From contig CAIYTJ010000335.1 in NCBI GenBank assembly GCA_903929065.1, forward strand, positions 1 to 59,248: 59,248 bases of DNA, given 5' to 3'. Each line of letters opens with the position of its first letter. Within the stretch, counting starts at the first letter, position 1. Below are positions 22,469 to 31,417 of this stretch, in pieces. The notes under the pieces were generated by a model that was given only the letters and a program-made list of their open reading frames with translations, made no database searches and was not told the origin of the DNA. The position numbers and the translations under genes were made by a program. This DNA comes from an uncultured Bacteroidales bacterium. Its GTDB lineage: Bacteria; Bacteroidota; Bacteroidia; Bacteroidales; Paludibacteraceae.

Positions 22469-23569
22469 TTATGGTTTTAAATTCCATTCAGTATTTACCC
22501 TGATTCCGTCAACTGTAATTCGTTGAGCAGCATCAAACTGACGTAATGCAACACCGGTTGGAACAATATCAGCAACCGTTCCTGTCAATGGACCTATGGT
22601 TGGTGTGGCGGGTTCGTTGGTAAAATCGTCACCCTGAGCAAAAACGTACAGACTAACATTGTCATTTGTAGCACCATCAACAATCGTATATTTGACAACC
22701 ATCAAATAGGTCTGACCAAAATTTAATTGAGTAGACATGGTAGCTTGTGCTGGGGAAGTTCCAAATGAGAAACCTACGGACATTTTTCCCGGTACACCCG
22801 ATACAGGTGTAATAAAAACTCTTCCTCTATGGCTTGTAACTGCATTAGGATCAAATATATGGAAGAAATAATCTCCGGCAACTGAAGTTGCAGTGGCATT
22901 AACCATGAATGACGAATAAATTGAATCCGCTGTTGTATGAGCTCCGAAGGATTTATTCTCATCGATACCCGTATTATTTACTCCGGCTGCATTACCAATA
23001 CCTGAGCCTACATAACCCGTGAAAGTCAAACCCGGCGAAGTTACCACAAGTGGATTCGTTGTTGCACTATGAATAGCCCAGCCATGAAGCGTAAGTGCAT
23101 CGCCGGCAGGGAAATCAAAGTCTTCAACTAATAAATATGGTTTTTTAGGCGGTATATCGTCGTCCAGAATGGTGAAAACAAGCTTCTGATTATCGTTGGA
23201 ATTTGCACCGACTAAGGATTTTATAGTTATAGTAACTGTCTGATTTCCCTGTTTCAGATTATCCGGTACAGCCGTTAATTGGGCAGTTCCTGATAAACTT
23301 CCAGCCGGAATGATTATGACACTTGGTTTGAGAGTAAAGTCAATACTATCACCTTTAGCTGTACTGCCAATTGTATCCAGCGTTACTGCTATATCATTCT
23401 CCGAAGCTACTAAAACAGAAGCTGTAATAGTTGCCACGCCGGCATTTTCAGAAATGCTGGTTACATCAGAAGTTAGTGTAACAAAAGGTTTTACATCATC
23501 GGTTTTACAGGAAGTAATTAATCCGGTGGTGATTAGAAAAAGTCCCAGAAATAACTTGATTTTGTTCAT
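22469..23569 (-). CDS. Lipoprotein: Calx-beta/Ig-like domain plus the shared uncharacterised domain
   Basis: Lipobox ITSC, ISENAGVATITAS...TILDDD (Calx-beta-like), then LLVEDFDFPAGDALTLHGW...LRQFDAAQRITVDGIRV; no T9SS CTD. Confidence 0.7.
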   Translation of the reverse strand: MNKIKLFLGLFLITTGLITSCKTDDVKPFVTLTSDVTSISENAGVATITASVLVASENDIAVTLDTIGSTAKGDSIDFTLKPSVIIIPAGSLSGTAQLTAVPDNLKQGNQTVTITIKSLVGANSNDNQKLVFTILDDDIPPKKPYLLVEDFDFPAGDALTLHGWAIHSATTNPLVVTSPGLTFTGYVGSGIGNAAGVNNTGIDENKSFGAHTTADSIYSSFMVNATATSVAGDYFFHIFDPNAVTSHRGRVFITPVSGVPGKMSVGFSFGTSPAQATMSTQLNFGQTYLMVVKYTIVDGATNDNVSLYVFAQGDDFTNEPATPTIGPLTGTVADIVPTGVALRQFDAAQRITVDGIRVNTEWNLKP

Positions 23570-23629
23570 AATTTTTTTACAGTTGTATAATATCAGAAAC
23601 TAAAGCGAATAATCAGGTTGAAATCATTT

Positions 23630-24616
23630 TTATTTAATTACTAACCTGGAGGAATATGATTGATTGTCAGCAGTAACTTTTAAAACATACATACCACCTT
23701 TCAATTGCGAAACATCCACTTTGCTCAGCAAAGTTTGGTGACTCAGTACTTTTTTTCCAACCAGGTCAAAAATTTCAATTGATTTTGTTGAATTGCCTGC
23801 ATTTGTCAGATTCAAATATCCATCTGTTACCGGATTGGGATAAAATTCAAGGTTTTTGCTGGAATTAATTGAATTTAGACCGGTAGGATTATCTTTGTCT
23901 AACTGCCAGAATGTTTTAACACGAAATCCATCGACCGTAATACGTTGATTTGCATCCCATTGACGTAAAACAACACAAGTTGGAACAATATCAGCTGCAG
24001 TCCCGGTTAAAGGGCCCAGGGTTGGGGTTGCAGGTTCAGTGGCAAAATTATCTCCTTCAGCAAAAACATACAAACTTACATTGTCATTTAAAGCTCCATC
24101 CATAATGGTATATTTCACAACAAACAAATAGGTTTGTCCAAAATTCAATAATGCATTTGGTAAACTGTCTTGTGCAGCAGATGCATTGAAAGAAAAACCA
24201 ACCTGCATTTTCCCTGATACAGGCTTAATAAATGTTCTGGCTCTGAATGCAGTACTTGCTGTAGGATCATAGAAATGGAAAAAATAGCTTCCGGTAGCGG
24301 TATTTGATGGAACATTCACTAAAAAGGATGCATAAATGGAGCCGACAGCAGTTTGAGCCCCAAACGATTTGTTAATATCTTGTCCTGTGTTATTTACTCC
24401 GGCTGCAAGTCCAATGTTAGAACCAACATAACCCGAAAATGTAAGGCCAGGAGAAGTAACTAAAATAGGGTTTGTGGTAGCAGCACTGTGAGCCGTCCAA
24501 CCGTGAGCTGTTAATGCATCACCAGCCGCATAATTAAAATCTTCCACCAATAAAGGTGCTTGTGCAAAAGTTAAGCCTCTAACGCACAATAATGCGAATA
24601 AATAAATTTTTTTCAT
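23630..24616 (-). CDS. T9SS type-A CTD secreted protein, paralogue 2
   Basis: Shared domain plus FYPNPVTDG...GMYVLKV...RLVIK. Confidence 0.8.
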   Translation of the reverse strand: MKKIYLFALLCVRGLTFAQAPLLVEDFNYAAGDALTAHGWTAHSAATTNPILVTSPGLTFSGYVGSNIGLAAGVNNTGQDINKSFGAQTAVGSIYASFLVNVPSNTATGSYFFHFYDPTASTAFRARTFIKPVSGKMQVGFSFNASAAQDSLPNALLNFGQTYLFVVKYTIMDGALNDNVSLYVFAEGDNFATEPATPTLGPLTGTAADIVPTCVVLRQWDANQRITVDGFRVKTFWQLDKDNPTGLNSINSSKNLEFYPNPVTDGYLNLTNAGNSTKSIEIFDLVGKKVLSHQTLLSKVDVSQLKGGMYVLKVTADNQSYSSRLVIK

Positions 24617-24649
24617 GACAATAAATTTTTAAAATTTATAATTTCTTCT

Positions 24650-25636
24650 TTATTTAATAACAAATCCAGCAGAACTTGTCTGATTGTTGGCAGAAACCTT
24701 CAATACATATATTCCCTGATTCAGGGACGAAACATCCAAACGGTTGGAAGCAGTTTGCAGGTTCATTACTTTTTTACCAACCACATCAAAAATCTGTACA
24801 TCTTTCATGGACGAACCGGCATTTGATAAATTTATAACACCATCGGTTACCGGATTTGGATAACAAATTAAAGTTTGATCTCCATTTATCTGATTTATGC
24901 TTGTAGTCAGATCATTAATCAAATTCCATTCTTTTCTGACACGGATGCCATCAATTGTAATTCGTTGATTTGCATCCCATTGACGTATTGCCACACAAGT
25001 TGGAACTATGTCTCCTGTTGCATCAGCAGTTGATAATGGACCTAAAGTTGGTGTTGCAGGTTCTGTGATAAAATTATCACCTGCTTTGAAAACATACAAA
25101 CTTACATTATCATTTGTTGCACCATCAACAATAGTGTATTTTACAACAAATAAGTAAGTTTCGCCAAAATTTAATAACGTAGGAGAGGTGGCCTGTGCTG
25201 CTGAAGCGTTAAATGAAAAACCTACTGCTATTTGTCCTGATTGAGGTGTAATAAATGTTCTTGCTCTGAAAGCAGTATTTAGTAACGGGTCAAAAAAATG
25301 AAAAAAGTAGCTACCGGTAGCAGTATTTGTCGGAATATTCACCATAAAAGAAGCATAAATGGAACCTGCGGTTGATTGAGCTCCGAATGATCTGTTTTCA
25401 TCATCACCGGTATTATTAACGCCAGCCGAAAGTCCAATACCAGATCCTACATAACCTGTAAAACTTAAACCAGGAGATGTCACAACAATTGGGTTTGTAG
25501 TTCCACTGTGAATGGCCCAGTTATGAAGAGTTAATGCATCACCTACAGTGTAATCAAAATCTTCAATCAATAATGGAGAACCTGCAAAAGCGAAACTGCT
25601 TATGCACAGCATAAAAAATAAGTAAATTCTTTTCAT
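24650..25636 (-). CDS. T9SS type-A CTD secreted protein, paralogue 1
   Basis: Shared domain plus CYPNPVTDG...GIYVLKV...FVIK; same length (328 aa) as its neighbour. Confidence 0.8.
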   Translation of the reverse strand: MKRIYLFFMLCISSFAFAGSPLLIEDFDYTVGDALTLHNWAIHSGTTNPIVVTSPGLSFTGYVGSGIGLSAGVNNTGDDENRSFGAQSTAGSIYASFMVNIPTNTATGSYFFHFFDPLLNTAFRARTFITPQSGQIAVGFSFNASAAQATSPTLLNFGETYLFVVKYTIVDGATNDNVSLYVFKAGDNFITEPATPTLGPLSTADATGDIVPTCVAIRQWDANQRITIDGIRVRKEWNLINDLTTSINQINGDQTLICYPNPVTDGVINLSNAGSSMKDVQIFDVVGKKVMNLQTASNRLDVSSLNQGIYVLKVSANNQTSSAGFVIK

Positions 25637-25690
25637 GATAATTAAATTTTAATGATTAATAATTAGTTGTATTTGAAAATGTATAGTTTT

Positions 25691-26491
25691 TTATTTGTTT
25701 AATTGCATATAATCATACACTGCTTTCCGGATGGTTACCGCATTAGCTGAACTTAATCCGGTTGGCAAGTATGTGTTTTTAATAGGATTTCTTCCAAAAA
25801 GGGAATAATAGAAAGTACACGCTATCAAATAAGTTCCGGGCAAAGAAGGATGTTTATCATCGGTATAATAGATATTTATCGTTGGATAAGTTTTTACAAA
25901 ATAATCCCAGACTTTCCCAACCGGAACGACCGGTGCATTTAATTTCTGTCCAACAGAAATATAGGCAGAAGCGAGTTGAGTAATATCAGATAGCGATGCT
26001 TTTGGTGCCCAGGTCATATAAAGAACCGTTTTTGCATTCATCTTTTTAATTTCTGTGTCGAGCAACGTGGCATATTGCAAAAAAAGATCCGGATTATTAA
26101 TCGGTCTAGTGCTTTGTTCCTGCAATACTACGGTATTCCAGTTATCGCTTTTAATTTTGGCAATGGTCAGCGGATCATTATAATGAGCTTCCAGCGTATA
26201 TGAACTTACCGCAATTTCCTGAATATTATATGTTAATGAATCGGACGAAACATCGGACGAAAGCATATTTTGCAGATGAAAATCCACGCCACTATTATAA
26301 AAAGTGAAACTATTCCCGATAAACAGCATTTTAAATACCGGCGGTTTTGTAACCGTTGTAACCCAACCGTGATTGGTTAAAGCATCTCCGGCAGGATAAT
26401 TAAAATCCTCGGCTAATAATGTTGTCTGGCTGAAAGCCAAAATATTACCCAGAAACAGTGAGAAAGCAACTATGTAACTTTTAATTTTCAT
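25691..26491 (-). CDS. SGNH/GDSL-like hydrolase (DUF4886-like) with a chimeric N-terminus
   Basis: LFIGNSFT, VLQEQS and DDKHP; clear paralogue of 16315-17049; N-terminus carries LLAEDFNYPAGDALTNHGW from the T9SS paralogues. Confidence 0.72.
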   Translation of the reverse strand: MKIKSYIVAFSLFLGNILAFSQTTLLAEDFNYPAGDALTNHGWVTTVTKPPVFKMLFIGNSFTFYNSGVDFHLQNMLSSDVSSDSLTYNIQEIAVSSYTLEAHYNDPLTIAKIKSDNWNTVVLQEQSTRPINNPDLFLQYATLLDTEIKKMNAKTVLYMTWAPKASLSDITQLASAYISVGQKLNAPVVPVGKVWDYFVKTYPTINIYYTDDKHPSLPGTYLIACTFYYSLFGRNPIKNTYLPTGLSSANAVTIRKAVYDYMQLNK

Positions 26492-27645
26492 TTGTCAGTA
26501 CAGTTTTCGTAACAGTTACATTTTACTATTTCGTTGTTTTTCATCATTTTATGTCCTTTTGAAATCACATCAGTCAAATTCAATTCGGCATCAAAGAAAC
26601 ATAAATCTGCATCAAAACCGACTTCAATTTTTCCTTTTTGTTTAAGCGAAAGGTTTCTGGCGGGATTGGTAGTAATTAATTTGAAAGCATCTGTTATACT
26701 CATGCCACCTTCCTGAATCAATAGAATTACCTGTTTCAAATTCAAATCCACCGGTGCTTTGTAAAGAGTTGTAATATCTCCGTTGGAATTTTTCCTGGCC
26801 ATTCCGGCATTTCCATCGCTGCTAAAAGTCATATTATCAATGGAAACTCCCTGTTCCAAGGCATAAATCACCTGTTTGTACGGCAAATCAAATTTGGTTC
26901 CACCGGTCGAAATATCAATCATACCGCCTAATTTCGCAAATTCAATGGCCTGTTCATAGAGTTCTTTGGTGCGCCCAACATGCGTTGGGGAAATGTGGTG
27001 AATCGGGAAATGATATTTTTTTACCAGATCAAGTAAAATATCCATTCGGCTTTCGAGCGCTCCGAGATGTACGTGCAAAATACCGCCTTTCCCTGATGTC
27101 AAACCACCTACATGAACTTCGCGCAACAATTTTAGTAATTCATTTTCAGTAGGAAATGAAGCCCGTTCGTCGCTGATGGCCGTTTTGCAACCAATTACCT
27201 TGTCGATAAAAATCATATCTTCGAGCACGCTTCCCAATAAATGGCTGGTAGGATAACCAAAATAACCGGTAAGCATATAAGCCGAAATTCCATCCTGATC
27301 GAGTGCTTTTACTTTGGCATACAATCCCTGCAAAGTTCGGGTAATACCGTCAGTTCCAAGCATTCCAACCACCGTTGTTGTTCCGCACTGAATTAATTCC
27401 GTGATGCTGATTTCGGGCGTCATGGACGAAAAAGCCTGTTTTCCGCCTGCACCTGTTAAATGAATATGTTGGTCGATAAGACCGGGCAGAACGATTTTTC
27501 CTTTTGCATCAATCGCTTCAACATTGAGATTTCCTGTCTCAATATTTTCATCAATGGCAAGAATTTTTTCTTCTCCAATCAAAATGTCTTTTTTTCCAAG
27601 ATAATCAGGCGAATAGACTTCCGCGTTTTTGACAATTTTCATCAT
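26488..27645 (-). CDS. iadA: Isoaspartyl dipeptidase (beta-aspartyl peptidase)
   Basis: PGLIDQHIHLTGAGG, GTTTVVGMLGTDG, HVHLG, PTHVGR and SSDGNAG are IadA amidohydrolase motifs. Confidence 0.9.
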   Translation of the reverse strand: MMKIVKNAEVYSPDYLGKKDILIGEEKILAIDENIETGNLNVEAIDAKGKIVLPGLIDQHIHLTGAGGKQAFSSMTPEISITELIQCGTTTVVGMLGTDGITRTLQGLYAKVKALDQDGISAYMLTGYFGYPTSHLLGSVLEDMIFIDKVIGCKTAISDERASFPTENELLKLLREVHVGGLTSGKGGILHVHLGALESRMDILLDLVKKYHFPIHHISPTHVGRTKELYEQAIEFAKLGGMIDISTGGTKFDLPYKQVIYALEQGVSIDNMTFSSDGNAGMARKNSNGDITTLYKAPVDLNLKQVILLIQEGGMSITDAFKLITTNPARNLSLKQKGKIEVGFDADLCFFDAELNLTDVISKGHKMMKNNEIVKCNCYENCTDK

Positions 27646-27656
27646 AGTACGTGTAA

Positions 27657-29021
27657 TTAAAAAACAAAGTGAAAAATAAGCATGGCAATTAAAACCGTTG
27701 TCAATGGAATCAAATTCCGTTTGGCCAGTTGATATGGTGTGATTCCGGCAATTTCAGCGGTGGCAATAACCACTCCGGCAATCGGTGAAGTGGCACGACC
27801 TAAACTGGAAGCCAACTGCATGGGTAAAATTATTCCTGCGCCATCCACACCCATTTTCAACGCAATTCCCGGCACCAAAGGACCAAATGAAAAGAACGAA
27901 GCATTGCCGCTACCCATCAACATGGATGCACCAAAAATCATGACTGTCATGACAATTCCAATTCCAACAGCACCAAGTCCGAAATCCTGCGAAACGCCCA
28001 CCAGACTATTGATAAAGCCGAGGCTGATAAGTCCGTAAGAAAATATTTCTGCTGTAATAATCAGGCTGATAACGGTTGCAAATACTTTTCCCATGGCTTC
28101 CCAGAAAACTTTCAGCGAACTGAAAACTTCGCTTACGTTTTTTTTGTGAATCATTTCAAATATCAATGCCACAAACAAGGATAATATCATGGCTGTGGTA
28201 GTGTCTAAATTGATTGCCGGATGAAAAATTGTGAAGAACTTAGAGAAGGTAATCAACAATACCAATGGAAGTATCGGAAGGAAACTATAAATCAACGGGG
28301 CTTTCGATTTCAAACTGGCAGTATCAACAACTTCAGCCACGTGGTTTTCCTTCTTATCATAATACCTGTTGACAAAGAAATAAACAACAGCCATCAAAAT
28401 GGTCAGAGGAATAGCCAGTGGCAGTTGATTTTCAATAAAATACTGGACATTCGATTTGCTGATTAATTTGGAAGCCAGCGCTGTATTTGCCGATGCTGGT
28501 CCCATATCAAACACGGTACAGGCTACAATTACGGAAACAGCCGAAGTTTTACTAACGCCCAGACTTACCAGAACCGGAAAAATAGAAGCTACCAAAAGCA
28601 GTCCCAATCCTGCTGCAGAAGGCGTAGTAATAAATAAGAGCTGTCCGATTGGAATAACTAATGAAGCGGCCAGATAAGGCGTTTTTTTGAAAATAGAGAG
28701 TGGTTTCATCGCAAGATAAACGAGCGTATCGCTTGCTCCGATTTTTTTCATATAAGCCACGTAGCCGCCAATGGTCATAATCATTAGTCCTACATCTGCT
28801 CCCTTACTGCTCAGCGATTCTTTAATAAGTTCAAAAAGGTCGAAGAATTTAAGGTTGGTAGGGTCTTTCAGTCCGGGCAATTTAAAGCCCAGAATCAAAG
28901 CAAAAACCATCATGAACAGCCCGCTGAAAAGCAAAACAGCCTGTGCATTATACTTTTTATAAAGCAAATATGCTACAATTACAATAAATAATAAACTAAG
29001 AATAGTTCCTGCCAATTGCAT
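27657..29021 (-). CDS. dcuC: C4-dicarboxylate transporter, DcuC family
   Basis: KKYNAQAVLL, GLMIMTIGGYVAYM..IGAS, MGSGNASFFSF and LGRATSPIAGV; ATG at 29021 preferred over TTG at 29078. Confidence 0.85.
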   Translation of the reverse strand: MQLAGTILSLLFIVIVAYLLYKKYNAQAVLLFSGLFMMVFALILGFKLPGLKDPTNLKFFDLFELIKESLSSKGADVGLMIMTIGGYVAYMKKIGASDTLVYLAMKPLSIFKKTPYLAASLVIPIGQLLFITTPSAAGLGLLLVASIFPVLVSLGVSKTSAVSVIVACTVFDMGPASANTALASKLISKSNVQYFIENQLPLAIPLTILMAVVYFFVNRYYDKKENHVAEVVDTASLKSKAPLIYSFLPILPLVLLITFSKFFTIFHPAINLDTTTAMILSLFVALIFEMIHKKNVSEVFSSLKVFWEAMGKVFATVISLIITAEIFSYGLISLGFINSLVGVSQDFGLGAVGIGIVMTVMIFGASMLMGSGNASFFSFGPLVPGIALKMGVDGAGIILPMQLASSLGRATSPIAGVVIATAEIAGITPYQLAKRNLIPLTTVLIAMLIFHFVF

Positions 29022-29153
29022 AATGATGAATTCAAGGTTAAAAAGATTCGCTGAAATCTGAAAACTCTGTCTATTCAATCTCTGTAAGATGTGAAAATAT
29101 AAACTTTTGGAGTTTCAGGTTTATAACGGCAACAAAGAAACCCGAATTATTAC

Positions 29154-29161
29154 TATCTTTG
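29154..29161 (+). promoter_or_regulatory. -7 promoter box for the MocR regulator
   Basis: TATCTTTG, 34 bp before the ATG at 29195. Confidence 0.55.
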
Positions 29162-29194
29162 CCATACCAATTCTATTTATTTATACATACCAAT

Positions 29195-30700
29195 ATGGAA
29201 GACATCCTGACCAGAATTTCGCAAATTTATTCTGAAATGAACATGAAGAAAAAGTCAAAAGGTGAAAGCATAGCCCTCTATCAGCAAATTCACAGGTTGA
29301 TTAAAGATGCCATTTTGAATAATGATATTCCCGAAAATAGTCTTTTACCTTCAACACGTCAACTTGCCACGACCTTAAAAGTGTCACGGAGTACCATAAT
29401 AAAAGCTTATGAATTGCTTTTAATTGAAAATTTAATCGAAGCAACCACGGGTTCAGGACATAAGGTAAAAAGTGTTTTTTCTGAGACACAACCGTCAAAA
29501 AATCATGATTTCAGTCGGTTTGGTTATCCCGAATTATCAGAAACCGGTAAATCATTCCAAAAAAATGTTTCATTAATCAATAGTACCGATGATAAAGACA
29601 TTGCTTTTCGTCCGGGCTTGCCGCCGCTTGATATTTTTCCGGTAAATCAGTGGAAAAACCTCAGTAACCTTTACTGGCGGCACATAAAATCATCGGCATT
29701 AACTTATTCCGGATCGTCGGGGACTGACCAACTAAAAAAAACGCTGGCCAACTACCTCAATTTAAGCAGAAATATCAAATGCGACCCGCGTCAGATAATC
29801 ATTATTTCCGGTTCTCTTCAATCACTTTATATAATTGGTAATGTGTTGATTAATCCTGGAGACTTTATGACTTTTGAGAATCCGACGTTTCCCAATGTAA
29901 TTTCTATTTTCAAAGGACTTCGTTCCAATATTCAAACTGTTTCGGTTGATCAGGAAGGATTGAAAGTGAGTGAATTGACTCAACCCGGTCATATCCGGTC
30001 AAAGGTGATTCATACAGTACCATCCTGTCACTATCCAACCGGAGTGAGAATGAGTCTGAACCGCCGGCTGGAATTACTGAAATGGGCCAACGAACACAAA
30101 ACCATGATAATCGAAAATGATTATGAACACGAGGTAAATAATTACAAGGATTTTATTCCATCCCTTTTCAGTTTGGATACCGAGCAACGCACCGTTTTTT
30201 TAGGTACTTTCAATCGCCTGTTGCATCCTTCCATTCGGGTTGGATACATGGTTGTTCCTTACTATTTACTCGATGCGGTGGAAGCATTGCTGAACCATTC
30301 CCACCGGTTTGTTCCTTCTTCCATTCAGGTTGTTTTGAGTCAGTTTATTGAAAAAAATTACCTGTACAATTATGTGAAGAACGTGATTGAAATTGCCGAA
30401 GAGCGAAAAAAACTGTTTTGCGATACTTTTGAAGAAAGTTTTGGCGATGCTTTATTATTGCGACCAAGCCCTATCCGAAGTCTTCACGTGTTGGCTGAAG
30501 TCAGTCCTGATTTAAAAGACAAGGATCTTGTAAAACATTTTGCAAAACACAATATTGTTGCACATGCCTACAGCAAATGTTTTGTCACCGAAAACCCGCC
30601 ACAGGGATTGATTCTCGGATATACTCCGGTACGATCACCAATTATAAAACAAAAGATCGGACAAATGGAACGGCTTTACAAAGGGTTTAGTCACGAGTAA
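29195..30700 (+). CDS. MocR/GabR-family regulator (GntR wHTH plus aminotransferase-like domain)
   Basis: LYQQI...LPSTRQLATTLKVSRSTIIKAYELL HTH; FRPGLP, YPTG, IIENDY and GTFNRLLHPSIRVGY; divergent from the dcuC-iadA operon. Confidence 0.9.
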   Translation: MEDILTRISQIYSEMNMKKKSKGESIALYQQIHRLIKDAILNNDIPENSLLPSTRQLATTLKVSRSTIIKAYELLLIENLIEATTGSGHKVKSVFSETQPSKNHDFSRFGYPELSETGKSFQKNVSLINSTDDKDIAFRPGLPPLDIFPVNQWKNLSNLYWRHIKSSALTYSGSSGTDQLKKTLANYLNLSRNIKCDPRQIIIISGSLQSLYIIGNVLINPGDFMTFENPTFPNVISIFKGLRSNIQTVSVDQEGLKVSELTQPGHIRSKVIHTVPSCHYPTGVRMSLNRRLELLKWANEHKTMIIENDYEHEVNNYKDFIPSLFSLDTEQRTVFLGTFNRLLHPSIRVGYMVVPYYLLDAVEALLNHSHRFVPSSIQVVLSQFIEKNYLYNYVKNVIEIAEERKKLFCDTFEESFGDALLLRPSPIRSLHVLAEVSPDLKDKDLVKHFAKHNIVAHAYSKCFVTENPPQGLILGYTPVRSPIIKQKIGQMERLYKGFSHE

Positions 30701-30781
30701 TTAATATCTGATACAAAAAAATCTATTCCATTTGAAATAGAATTTCAAATTTTATACAATTTATTATAAACTACCGACTAA

Positions 30782-30890
30782 TCAGAATTTCTTAAATCCA
30801 ACAATTTCCCTTACTTAACGAATAGTTTTAGTGGCATTTTCCTGAGCTTTTAACTTAGTCAACTCTTACTTTCGAAACATACGCTTCGTC
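30782..30890 (-). pseudogene. trpS: Decayed copy of the trpS 3' end
   Basis: Minus strand reads DEAYVSKV-(frameshift)-KAQENATKTIR*VREIVGFKKF*, versus DNEYVAKVMRLGKEKAHESAAKTIREVREIIGFKNF* in intact TrpS. Confidence 0.85.
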
Positions 30891-31417
30891 TTTTATCTGT
30901 TCTTTTAATTTTAACCCATCCCACTGGATCTATCTCTCCTTTAATGATAAACAGTTCGCGTTTGTTGACATGATTTGCCACCCCATCGTAATGTACTGCA
31001 TTAATAATGCAGATTCCAAATTCTTAATAAAGTGTTTTTACGGTGGAATTTTTGAAATCTCATCAACTAAGGCTAACTTATGTCTGTTAAATAAATATAT
31101 TTACTAATACGATTGTTCACAAAACCCAACTGACAGTGCTGATATTTAAATATTTATTGAACATATCCTGAGGCTCTGGTGAAATTATGATAATAAAAGT
31201 GCGTATATTTGTCATTAAAATGAAAAATGTTAGTGTGTTTATTGATTTGAAAAATCATATCGTTGGTCAATTATGAAAATGCTTGGGTTGAAATGCCGAT
31301 TAACAAATAGTGTTTTAGGACATGATTACCTATTAAAGACAAAAAGATAAATCCATTAATTAAATAATATCTTATAAATTTACTAATTGAAATTAAAAAT
31401 CTATTATCTGTAAAACT

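Noticed and set aside
15318-29021. Calling the locus a cyanophycin-degradation operon or a classical PUL
   Set aside because: No cyanophycinase (S51, GTSAG motif), SusC/SusD pair or glycoside hydrolase was recognised, so the substrate remains a hypothesis.
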